Below, one piece after another: positions 12,734 through 24,002 of a DNA stretch of 64,000 nucleotides (within the stretch, counting starts at the first letter, position 1; every line of letters begins with the position of its first letter). The notes under the pieces were generated by a model. It had not been told where the DNA came from. It made no database searches and worked only from the letters and a program-made list of their open reading frames with translations. Origin of the DNA: Octopus vulgaris. Taxonomy: Eukaryota. Location: assembly GCA_951406725.2 (NCBI GenBank), contig OX597816.1, positions 66,154,001-66,218,000 of the forward strand. The letters run 5' to 3'. The translations under genes and the position numbers were made by a program.

Positions 12734-14052
12734 ACAGGTCTTTCAACATTTTAATGTGAGCTTGCAGGCTCCTCGGGTACCAGATGTAGATGCTGTCTTT
12801 GTTGTCAGGATTTTCAGTGGCCTGCTGGAGCATCATGTAAAAATGGTGAATAGGATTGTCATGAGGACCCAGCTTTGCTTCACACTGTTGCCAATGGAGA
12901 GGAGCTTGAAGAGGTAGTTGCTATACCTGACCCAGCACAGCTAGTTTTCATGCAACTGGATGGCTATGTTGAGGAATTTGGTGGGGGAATCCAAGATCCT
13001 CAAATATTTGTCATAGATCTTTTCTGATCATAGTGTTGAATACTTTGGTGAGATAAACAAAGGTGATGTAAAATCCTTTGTTCTGCTCTCTGCATTTCTC
13101 TTGGAACTGTCTGAGAACAACGATCTGTTTTCTAGGTGCAATCCCATGGTCAGCAGTGCTCCTATTTGCTCTGAAGTCACATTGCTGAGGAGTTCTCTTG
13201 TCTTCCATAAAACAACCTTGCCCGGACGTGTGCCTGGGAGGGTAACTTTCTAGGTGCAATTAGTCTGTTGAGGAGTTCTCTGGCAAGGATTTTGCGTGCA
13301 ATGTAGAGGCAAGATAACACCCTCTGTAGTTGGAGCAGTCAGACTTTTCCTCCATATTTTTGTACAAAGTGATGATGACAGCATTGCAGAAATCTTGTGG
13401 TATCTTGCCCCACCCCCAACAATAGATGAAAAAAAGAAAGAATACTAATAAGGCAAGAGTACATGTAAATATAAAAAAAGTAAAGTGAAGGCACGAAGGG
13501 TAACCTCTTCCAGATATGTGGCCACTACATGATATCACATCTTGGAGGTTATGCTTTTGCAATCCGATAACAAGAGACAGTTGCAAAATATCTCATGAAC
13601 AAACAAAACAAGACGACAATACCCTTAAAATCCCAAAATGCAACCACAAGTGCCATTTATGGCACTCTTCTGCAGAGAAATAATAATCAGAAGCTATCCA
13701 AAAATGTTATTGAGATACTACTTCCAACTGAGACATGTTATTGTTGCTAAAATATACAATAGTATCTGCTAGAGTGTTTTCTTCGTCATATATTTACTCA
13801 CCATGCAGTTAAAGAGAAGAAATTATTGTAATTATACATTACTCATTTTACCCCATTTTAGCCATAATTTTTTGAAACTTGAAAATTATCAAATTAGACA
13901 GTAGTGTAGGGAAAAATTGACTTGGAATCCAACAGAGAAAAGAATATTGATTATTAAACACCAAAAATTATCCAAATATTTTAGTAGCAACCTCAATTAC
14001 AATCGGGTCGAAGATGAGGAAAACTTTCTTGAAAAAAAAAAAAAAAAAAAAA
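12734..14052 (-). repeat. Right arm of a ~1.32-kb inverted duplication
   Basis: Differences seen from the left arm: homopolymer lengths and one substitution (att/act near 9992). Confidence 0.95.
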
Positions 14053-14649
14053 CTTAATGTCTGTGTGTGTGTGTGTGTGTTCTATAATGATAATATGTAA
14101 AAAATAAGTTACATTACTAGAAGTTTCAGGTAAGTCTGATGCACCAATGGTTATCTGCTGTGCATATCTACGTCTAGAATAATGTATAGTTTATCTGAGG
14201 GAAAAAAATGTTTCATTTACAAAGGTCGTAACCCAAGGTTGAGGATCAAAGAGTTATGTCCCCTGCTACAAGTAATGATGGTGGCTGGATTATAAAAAGT
14301 AGAGAATGACAGAGACAGAAAGAATAGAGGATAGAAAGACAGAAGGAAATTAGGAGAAAAGAAAAAGATTGAGGGAAGAAATGAATGGATACATCAAGTG
14401 AAGACTGCAAGAAGCAATAGGGATAGAGGGAAGAATAGGGGCAACAATTATACAGTGGATTAGATCAGTATCAGAGGCTGTACGTCCTTCATGTAAGGTG
14501 TAAAGTCTGCAATTTTAGATATAATCTGGATGTCAGCGAATTTTTTGGTGTTAGTCTCTCTTTTCTGCTAAATACAGTCTTTTGTATTTTGTGGCCCTTT
14601 TTTTTTTTTTTTTTTTTTTTTTTAAAGCCACGAGTACTTGGCCAAGATT

Positions 14650-15390
14650 TCAACATTTCATTCTTTATTATTCCTGAATTAGAAAGAGTGATTGTGCATG
14701 ACTTTCTAGAATACTGATGAAGTACTTTAGGCTGGATGCATTGTCCAGCTCTAGGCCTAACCTCATACCTTTGCAGTGATCATTGAGCAAGTATGGGATA
14801 TTAATCTCTGAGCAGCCAGCCCCTGTGCTACAGGAATACTTGTATGAAAGGATATACTTCATGTTGGTTGTGCAACAGAAAGAAATCTTAAGTGTGTCTC
14901 TGTTAAATACCTTCCTATACCAATGTATGAGAGGAAAATACTTAATTTAAACAACGTCTTGCCTATTCTGGACTTAACGGTTATAGAAAAACAGTGTAAA
15001 CCAAATAACTTTACGGAGCTATTTTCTTGTTGATGGACTTAGGTCGGATGTTAGGGATCTGATTTTGAAATCTGCTTATTGCATGGATATTTTGTATTAG
15101 GTGGCCACCTGATAGAAATTTTTCTTCCTAAGGAATCCAAGATCCTGTTGCTCTCTTTTTTTAACAAGGTTCTTTAACAATGAAGTTCGATGGCAGGGTT
15201 AATAGTGGTGAACTTTGTTGGGTTTGTAATCTAAACAGTTAACATGTAAGTTAGTTCCTAGGTGTGTCCATTGGTGCCCCTAGATATAGCCAAGGCATCA
15301 TCCCTGTATAAATAGCATTAAATTGAAACCTCTTATTCAATGCATATAATATGTAAAGTCCAATGAAACCACAAATATCTTTCTTGAAAT
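14650..15390 (-). mobile_element. Heavily decayed Penelope-like RT fragment of a different clade (Naiad-like)
   Basis: Minus-strand remnants LYRDDALAI, RKVIWF...VKSRIGKTLFKL and KVFNRDTLKISFCCTTNMKYI. Confidence 0.6.
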
Positions 15391-15495
15391 TATTTGCATG
15401 TGCCGCTCACTTCCTCCACAGCGATTTTGGCACGGACTGTTCTAAATTCAAACATGCCTGACAGCCATAGTTCTCTTAGACTTATGCAAAACTTT

Positions 15496-15873
15496 CAATT
15501 CTATATTTAAGAGATGAGGAATTATGTACATTTTTTATATTTGACGGATATTTGTCCTCATTTTGTTTGTTGTTAACACATTTCAGCTGATATACCCTCC
15601 AGCCTTCTTTAGGTGTCTTGGGAAATTTTGAACCCGAGTTCTCATTTCCTAAGGTATTTTTCGATGTTATTATTATTGTTGTTGTTCACGTCACTGCTTG
15701 GAATCGAACTTGGAATCTTGAGGTCAGTAGCCCATGCTCTTAACCACTATGCCATGGCCTATGGGCATATGGTGTAGTGGTTAAGAGTGTAGGGCTACTA
15801 ACCCCAAGATTCCGAGTTCGATTCCAAGCAGTGATGTGAACAATAACAACAATAATAACATCGAAAAATGCCT
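15496..15873. mobile_element. Second palindromic copy of the tRNA-head/pLTR unit (right arm truncated)
   Basis: Same sequence family as 25637-26129; centre ~15760. Confidence 0.85.
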
Positions 15874-16054
15874 CTGATGGAGAGAACATGCTGAGGCCCT
15901 TGTCCTATAGTAGACTGAACATGGGCAATCCAAACATAAATGTGTGCGCGTTTGTGTGAATATATATATATACACACATACACACACACAGTGGTCAGTT
16001 GTATTATATAACATGTTACATATGCATATATACATATACACATACAAACCAGAA

Positions 16055-16478
16055 GGCAGCGAGCTGGCAGAAACATTAGCACGCAGGGCAAAATGCTTAG
16101 TGGTATTTTGTCTGCCACTACGTTCTGAGTTCAAATTCTGCTGAGGTTGACTTTGCCTTTCATCCTTTCAGGGTCAATAAATTAAGTACCAGTTACGCAC
16201 CAGGGTCGATGTAATCAACTTAATCCGTTTGTCTGTCCTTGTTTGTCCCCTCTATATTTAGCCCCTTGTGAGCAATAAAGAAATAAGAAACGTTAGCACA
16301 CTGGGCAAAATGCTTAGTGGTATTTCGTCTGCCACTACGTTCTGAGTTCAAATTCCGCCTAGGTTGACTTTGCCTTTTAAGTACCAGTTACGCACCGGGG
16401 TCAATGTAATCGACTTAATCCGTTTTTCTGTCCTTGTTTGTCCCCTCTATGTTTAGCCCCTTGTGGGCAAAGAAATAA
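16055..16478 (+). mobile_element. Tandem dimer of a tRNA-derived SINE (other copies ~33760-34000(-), 52425-52560, 61649-61877)
   Basis: ggcagcgagctggcagaaac head, B box GAGTTCAAATTC, core gcctttcatcctttc..gtc.ataaattaagtaccag. Confidence 0.8.
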
Positions 16479-16799
16479 GGAACTGACAAACCAGAGGACT
16501 GCAACAAGCTCCACTGTCTACTTGGCCTGATTTTTACGGCTGGATGCGCTTCCTAATGCCAACCACTTTACAGAGTGGACTGGGTGCTTTTTAGGAGCAC
16601 TAGCAAAATCTGTTTTGGCATGGTTACAGCTGGATGCCCTTCCAAACACCAACTACTTTGCAGTCTGGCACCAACATTGGCAAGGTCATATACATACACA
16701 CGTACATATATAAAAATTAACTTTACAAATGTCACATCATACTCACTCATAACCCCAACTCAAAATAAAAGATGTTAAATTATGTGAAGATTACATTTC

Positions 16800-16805
16800 T
16801 TTATT
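16800..16805 (-). terminator. Putative NBR1 polyadenylation signal
   Basis: AATAAA on the minus strand ~1.3 kb past the stop, with T/G-rich sequence downstream, just before a repeat cluster. Confidence 0.5.
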
Positions 16806-17480
16806 TAATATATCAGCCAACAAAATGCAGCTACCAGCTGCCTCCCATACATGAGTAATGTACATACAGAGCAAAAAAACATTGTAACTGAGAATAAAAG
16901 ATATTAAAATAGTGATAGTAATAATTAAATTGTTAATATAATAATAATAATTCTTTTATATCATAAGTTTTACTTAGAGGCTTGTTTTATATAAATTGGA
17001 AACTAGAAATTTTGAAAGCCACTACTATATCATACTTGTGAATTAGTTAATAAGTTATAATTAGGAGCAAAGTAAAAGAAAAGAAAAAGATTAAGAAAAT
17101 GTTTGCATTTTCAAAGCAACTAATACCTTTGATTATGTATGTATATATATATAAATATATATATATGTAAAAAAAAACAAAAAAAAACATAGGCGAAGTT
17201 TTGAAACTGAAATGAAAATATAATTGTATATTAAAATCAGGGATTTTTTTTTTGCTTGTGTTGTATTTTTGGGGGGTGTTTTTTCTTTATTTCTCATCTC
17301 AAACAATGAATATTATTTCAGTTTCTTCCAATTGCTTCTTGAGTACCAAAAGTACGACAAGAGTTATCATAAAGAAAAGAAAACAATGCTACAAATTCTA
17401 ATATCTTATTTTCAATATTTTCTTTCAAGTAAGGTCAAGGTTTAAAAGCTTCAAAAGAAGTCTGAAATGAATTAAACCTC

Positions 17481-17492
17481 ACACACACACGC

Positions 17493-17534
<42 letters not shown>

Positions 17535-18045
17535 ATACATATATATATACATATATATATATACCTATACATACATAATACATATATATATACATATATA
17601 TATATACCTATACATACATTATACATCATATATATACATATATATACCTATATATATACATATATATATATACCTCTATATATACCTATATATATATACC
17701 TATATATATACATATATATATATACCTCTATATATACATATATATATATATACCTCTATATATACATATATATATATACATATATATATATACATTATGT
17801 ATATATACATAATACATATATATATATACATTATGTATATATACATAATACATATATATATATACATTATACATATATATACCTATATATATATATATAC
17901 ACACATATGCATACATTCACATGTATATACATATAAACACAAAAATTCACATTATATATATATACATGTATATACATATACACACACACATTCACATATA
18001 TATATATATATACATGAACATATACACACATATAAGAATATATAA
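17481..18045. repeat. Compound (TA)/(CA) microsatellite in the putative NBR1 3'UTR
   Basis: ~560 bp of TA-rich repeats with higher-order ~36-bp units. Confidence 0.9.
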
Positions 18046-18123
18046 GTTAAGACAAGTTTCATTAAAAAAAAAAATATATATATATAAAACAGCAAATAGA
18101 AGACAATAAAAGATAAGAGGCTA

Positions 18124-18582
18124 TCAATGACGCTTGGTCGACCAATTATTTAAATCTTCAGTACTGAGAATCTCTTGCACTACTTTTTGCACATCATTGT
18201 TGTGTTTATCCAACAAGGTCTGGTTAAGCTCTCGATTAGCAAATCCCATCTCAATCAGTTTGGTCATAGGTGACTGAGGTTCACGCTGAAAGTGAGGTTT
18301 TGGCCATTGCTTCTGTCCATTGTATTCAGTGGCTTCTCGGCTTTTACTTGAATCTGTTTGGTCAGAGTGTTTTGAACAATTACCAATTAGACAAGTGACA
18401 CAGTCTGTCTCATCAACACCAGTACCATTTCTGTTGCTGTTCACGTTAGTAGCATGCTTCTCACAACCAACAACACTACAAACAGGACAGTACTGTTCTT
18501 TGCCATCGTGCTTTCTGGTAGACGGAGACCAGGCAGAATTGGTTGCCATATTAGAGTGTCCTTGTTGAATTACACCATCAAC
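18124..18582 (-). CDS. NBR1: NBR1 terminal coding exon with UBA domain
   Basis: ctctgcag|GTT..., stop TGA at 18124-18126; MTKLIEMGFANRELNQTLLDKHNNDVQKVVQEIL. Confidence 0.95.
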   Translation of the reverse strand, partial: VDGVIQQGHSNMATNSAWSPSTRKHDGKEQYCPVCSVVGCEKHATNVNSNRNGTGVDETDCVTCLIGNCSKHSDQTDSSKSREATEYNGQKQWPKPHFQREPQSPMTKLIEMGFANRELNQTLLDKHNNDVQKVVQEILSTEDLNNWSTKRH

Positions 18583-21500
18583 CTGCAGAGAAATAACAAA
18601 AATTAATAGCAAGATGTTTTGGGGTTTGTTTTTTTTTTTGCCACATTTTATTTCTGACATTTCACTTATTTCCATTATTTAGAATGGACAGATAGGTATC
18701 CTCATCTTCATCATTGTTTAACGTCCGCTTTCCATGCTAGCATGGGTTGGACAATTTGACTGAGGACTGGCAAACCAGATGGCTGCACCAGGCTCCAATC
18801 TTGATCTGGCAGAGTTTCTATAGCTGGATGCCCTTCCTAATGCCAACCACTCCGAGAGTGTAGTGGGTTCTTTTACGTGCCACCAGCACAAGGGCCAGTC
18901 AGGCAGTACTGGCAACAGCCACGCTCAAATGGTGTTTTTTACGTGTCACCTGCACAGGAGCCAGTCCAGCGGAACTAGCAATGACCTCGCCCGAATGTTT
19001 TTTTACGTGCCACCAGCACAAGTGCCAGTAAGGCGTAGCTTATAATTTTAAACAAATGAAAGGTATGAAAAATTCTTGATTCTGTAATTTGATTATTTGA
19101 CTATTAGTACATAAAGTATACAAGCGGCCCTCAAAAAACTTTCTGCAATTTAAAGTGAGCCACAATGTAATTCGAGTTGGCCAGGCCTACTCTCAACACT
19201 ACTAAAGCCTATATCCAGTCCATGAGCCCTATATTTGACAACTTTAAACAATCACTACACCATGCACTATATATTTGAAAAGCAGCTTTTCTCTCAAACA
19301 TATATTTTAAGAGATATGACTATATTTCAGATTTTAATATTTCATGAAGAATTTTCTTAATTAGTTCTTCATTTTTCTCTGAAACAGCAAATTTCCTAGT
19401 TTGTTAATATTTTCAAGACATTGGAATACAAATATTCAAATGATTATTGCCTAGAATAACAATATAACAATCATTTCTTCCAAAACATAAGTAGGTCTTG
19501 AAATGATGAAGGACCTACAATATTTTCTTTCTTCAATTTTTCTTTGAAAGGAGTGATAAAGAAATATGAAACATCTCTGATAACACCGAAATATAATGGT
19601 GGTTTCATACACACGAGAGATTGTATGTCATTATTTTGTATCCATTTTTCTATTGCTTCACTTAGGGATGCGTATATATATTTATGTAAATTGAAGGAAA
19701 GAAGAAACAGTGATTATGTTGAATAGTGGAGACCTTTAAATGCATCGGCAAATATTTCTCTAGTGCAATGCTCTGCAACCAATATGCCGTGGTGAACTGG
19801 TGGGCCACACTATAACCTGAATATAATTGTTTCCCCCTATACTTTTAGATATATTTTTAGTTCAGGTCTGCTGCCAAATTTTAAAATGTATATAAGTCTA
19901 CCACAAATGCTCTAGTGCAACAAATATGCCTATTTTTTTTCTGTTGTTGTGTGTGAGATAGTAAAGGACTATGCCAACATGGAAAAATGGACATAAAATG
20001 TGATTATAAATCCATGTATATATTTGTTTACATATGATCAATGTACATGATAATTGTTTCATCGTTTATATAGATAGATATGTCATGCATGATGAGTGTG
20101 TGTGAGTGATATAAAATAGATTTTGTAGTTTTAATAAGTTTTCTAGTTGTTTGTTAAAATACAGTATATTCCACACACATGTAGCTTTAACTCAAATCTT
20201 TAGGCAGAATCAGCATAACAATGAGTGGCAAGGCTGACCATTTAAACCAGATTCCACACAGTTTTAGCCAGCCCATTTCATTCAAGATTTAGTTTGACCC
20301 AGAGTTATAGTAACTTAAGAGGCAGTTCATAACTGCGAAAGTGAATTTCTTTATCACTTCATCATAATTGCACCCATATGTGTGATGTGTGTATATCTGA
20401 ATATTTATGTGTATGGATATGAGTGTCTGCACATACATACATGTATGTGTGTGTATATATATATATGTGTGTGTATATATATATATATATATACATACAC
20501 ACACACACACATAATGATGCATATGTTTATACATAAGAACTTGATCATTAAACTTTCTATTTTTGATGAAGAATTTAAAACGAGTTGAATAAAGAATAAT
20601 ACTTACAGGCTTTGCTTGGAGAGAATAAAATGCATCTTTAGCAGTAGAATATGCATGTACTACTTTTGATGCGACGTGTACTGCCATTGTGGTTAGTGGG
20701 TTGGGAAGAAAAATTGGGCTGCAATAATAGAGAGAATGAAACAACTTGCAAGATGTTGAATAACTCAAAAAAAAAAATAATAATAATAATCTTTTCTCCT
20801 ATAGGCACAAGGCCTGAAATTTTTCAGGGAAGGTGCTAGTCATCAACCCCAGTATTCAACTAGTACTTAATTTATTGACCCTGAAAGGCAAAGTTGACCT
20901 CGGCAGAATTTAAAGACAGACAAAATGCTACTAAGCAAAATGACATCTCATTGCCTTAATAATAATAATAAATGTAAATCAGTAGAATAAGAGAAAACAA
21001 AGTTTGGTCTGATATGGTCACAGCTGTACGGTTGAAACCAATTAACATACTAAAAATACAGTCCTTTGTGGATTTGTAGACAATGAGAAAGAGAAAATAG
21101 AATTTGTAGTATGATGTTCTAGATTTATTCCCCACAAATTCTTTCAACTTAGGCACAAGTTGGTGGGTTAGCAAATTACATCAACTCCAGTGCTCAATTG
21201 GTACATTATTTTATTGACCCTGAAAGGACAAAAGGCAAAGTTGTCCTCAGTGGCATTTGAACTCATGGATCTTCATAATGATTTCTAATTTAGGAACAAG
21301 ACCAACATATAATACAGTTCTATATTTAAGAGATGAAGAATTATGTACATTATTTACATTTCACAAGGATGGTATTCCATTAAGTCCTATAGTGAGCTGG
21401 AGAGGTTCATTCATGTAAGCCACTGAGCTGCTTCCTTGTGGATATAATCACTCCATTAGCAGGAAAGTCAACATCATATGTGAAGTATTCCACCCACTTC

Positions 21501-23953
21501 ACAGAATTGATCAAGGATACCCCCATTGAATCCAACCAGATGGTGAGTCTAGATGTGATAAGTCTCTTCACCAAAGTCCCAACTGGTGAAGCACTATCGG
21601 TGATTCAAGAAAAACTAGTGACAAATACCCATCTAAAAGAATGCACTAGTATACCAATAAGAAACTTGATGGAAATGTTGACCTTCTGTGTAGAAACTAC
21701 TTCAGAACAGACACTGATATATATCAACAAGAGGAGGGTTTAGCAATGGGTTCGCCATTATCACTGATATTAGCCAATATATACATGGAATACTTTGAGA
21801 ATTTGGCTTTAGGATCAACACCACTAAAACCAACACTATGGCTACGATATGTTGATGGTACCTTTATACACTGGCCCCACCAGGAAGATGTCCAAGTGCT
21901 GTTAGATCATGTGAACTCAATAAAGCCGTCCATACAGTTCACAATGGAAAAAGACAGTCAGATGGCATTCCTGGACGTATTAATAACATGCACCAAGTAT
22001 GGTTTCAGGACATCTGTATACCGCAAGCCGACCTTTACTGGACGATACCTCAACTTCAATTCCCACCATCCATACAGTGTAAAGAGAGGGATTGCTCAGT
22101 GCCTAAAACATCATGCAAAGAATATAAGTAGCGACTGTGATACACACCACAAAGAAATGACCATGCTCAATAAGGATCTGTTAAGCAACAACTACCCCTA
22201 AAGTATACTATCCACTCCAATTATAAAGAATAGAGAGGATGAGGCCAATAAACTGTCCACAGTCTGTCTACCCAAAGTGGAAGGCCTCTCCGAAAAGATA
22301 CAAAAGATATCTGGCCCATATGACATCAGGACAGTATTCAAGAGTAATACAACACTTCTCAGATATCTCCTTCGAGTAAAACCACCAAAAGAAGAGAATT
22401 CGACCAAAGACTGCGTGTACTCCATCCCATGCAACTGTGGTAGTTTATACCAAGGCAAAACATGCTGCCCCCTCAAAATAAGGGCAGACGAACATCGCAA
22501 AGCTGTGACACAAGGAGATATTGGTAAATCAGGCATAGCTGATCATGTATGGGAAAATGGAGACCACCTCCCCCTGTGGGATGAAGTTAAAATAATAGAC
22601 AGAGAACACCACTGGAAACATCAACCTCCTAAGCAGACTGAGTGCGGATATGAGTAGTATATGGGAACTGGTATTAAGGAAAGAAAGGAAAATAGTAGTG
22701 GTTAAAAGTGCAAGATTCCAAGTTTGATTCCAAGCAGTGACCTAAATAATAATAATAATATCGAAAAATACCTTAGGAATGAGAACCCAGGTTCGAAATT
22801 TCCCCAAGACACCTGATGAAGGCCGGAGGGTGTATCAGCCGAAATGTTGTGTTAACAACAAACAAGATGACAAATATTTGTCAAATGTAAATAATGTAAA
22901 TAAGGCCAAAATATGTTAAGGAGAATCTGTTAGTCAGTACCTCTGACCCCAGTATTTGAATGGTACTTTATCTTATATGAACAAAATGCAAACTTGTTCA
23001 CAGTAGGATTTGAACCCACTAGGTAAAGAGCTGGAATAAATAACACAAAGCATTTTTCTGATACTCTTAACAATTTCGTCAATCCTTTGTATTCATGTCT
23101 TAAAAATAGAAGTATAATAGCTCAAAAACGGGAAGTAGAAAACAGCTGACAGAGTTAGTTAGATGAAAAAAGAAAAACTTTCCTATCACATATTATTGTT
23201 GAACTTAATTTGGTAGATATTATTTAACAGATCTGACATGCTGAAACAGATTGGACAGTTCAAAAGGATCTGACAAGTCAGAGGATCACATAGAGCTTCA
23301 ATAGTTTCTATGCCTGGATACTTGTGTTTCTTTTTATGTTTAGTGATAGTGAAATAAAATTTTACATTAACCCCTTACCCAACAATTATTTTGAAAATAA
23401 ATGTATTTTTTCAGACATATTTTTTAATTGTTTTATTTTACTATGTTTTGAATGGTGATTTCGAGGTATATTTCAAACCTTATTTATTATGAATTTTAAT
23501 TCAATAATATTGATTTTAAATTACGGCATTGGGCAGAAACGAGTTAACCCGTTTTTAGACAAAGGAACTCGTTTGCTGTCGATTTTGGCGAGTCTATCTT
23601 TTGACGAGTTAACTGGCCAGAGATGGAAAAAAACGATTTCGGTCAAAACGCATATATTCGTTTCTGCCAGGTAAGGGGTTAATCTGAGAGGTTACTCTAT
23701 ACTTCTGTAGAGTACATGTTTATTCTTAACAGTGACGAAGTTTCAGTCAGTTAACCCATCATTGGACTGCAGTCTGGTGATGGTTTCAACTGTCCGAAAC
23801 TTCAAAGTCACTGTCAACAATATTCCTTTTTTATGAACATATATATATATATTGGCCTGCTCGCTTAGCCAGTGGCGTCATTTGAAGGCAAAACAATGCG
23901 AAGCACATTGTGACCAGCGATGTGTAGCAACATCTGATAGCCTGGTCGGTCAT

Positions 23954-24002
<49 letters not shown>

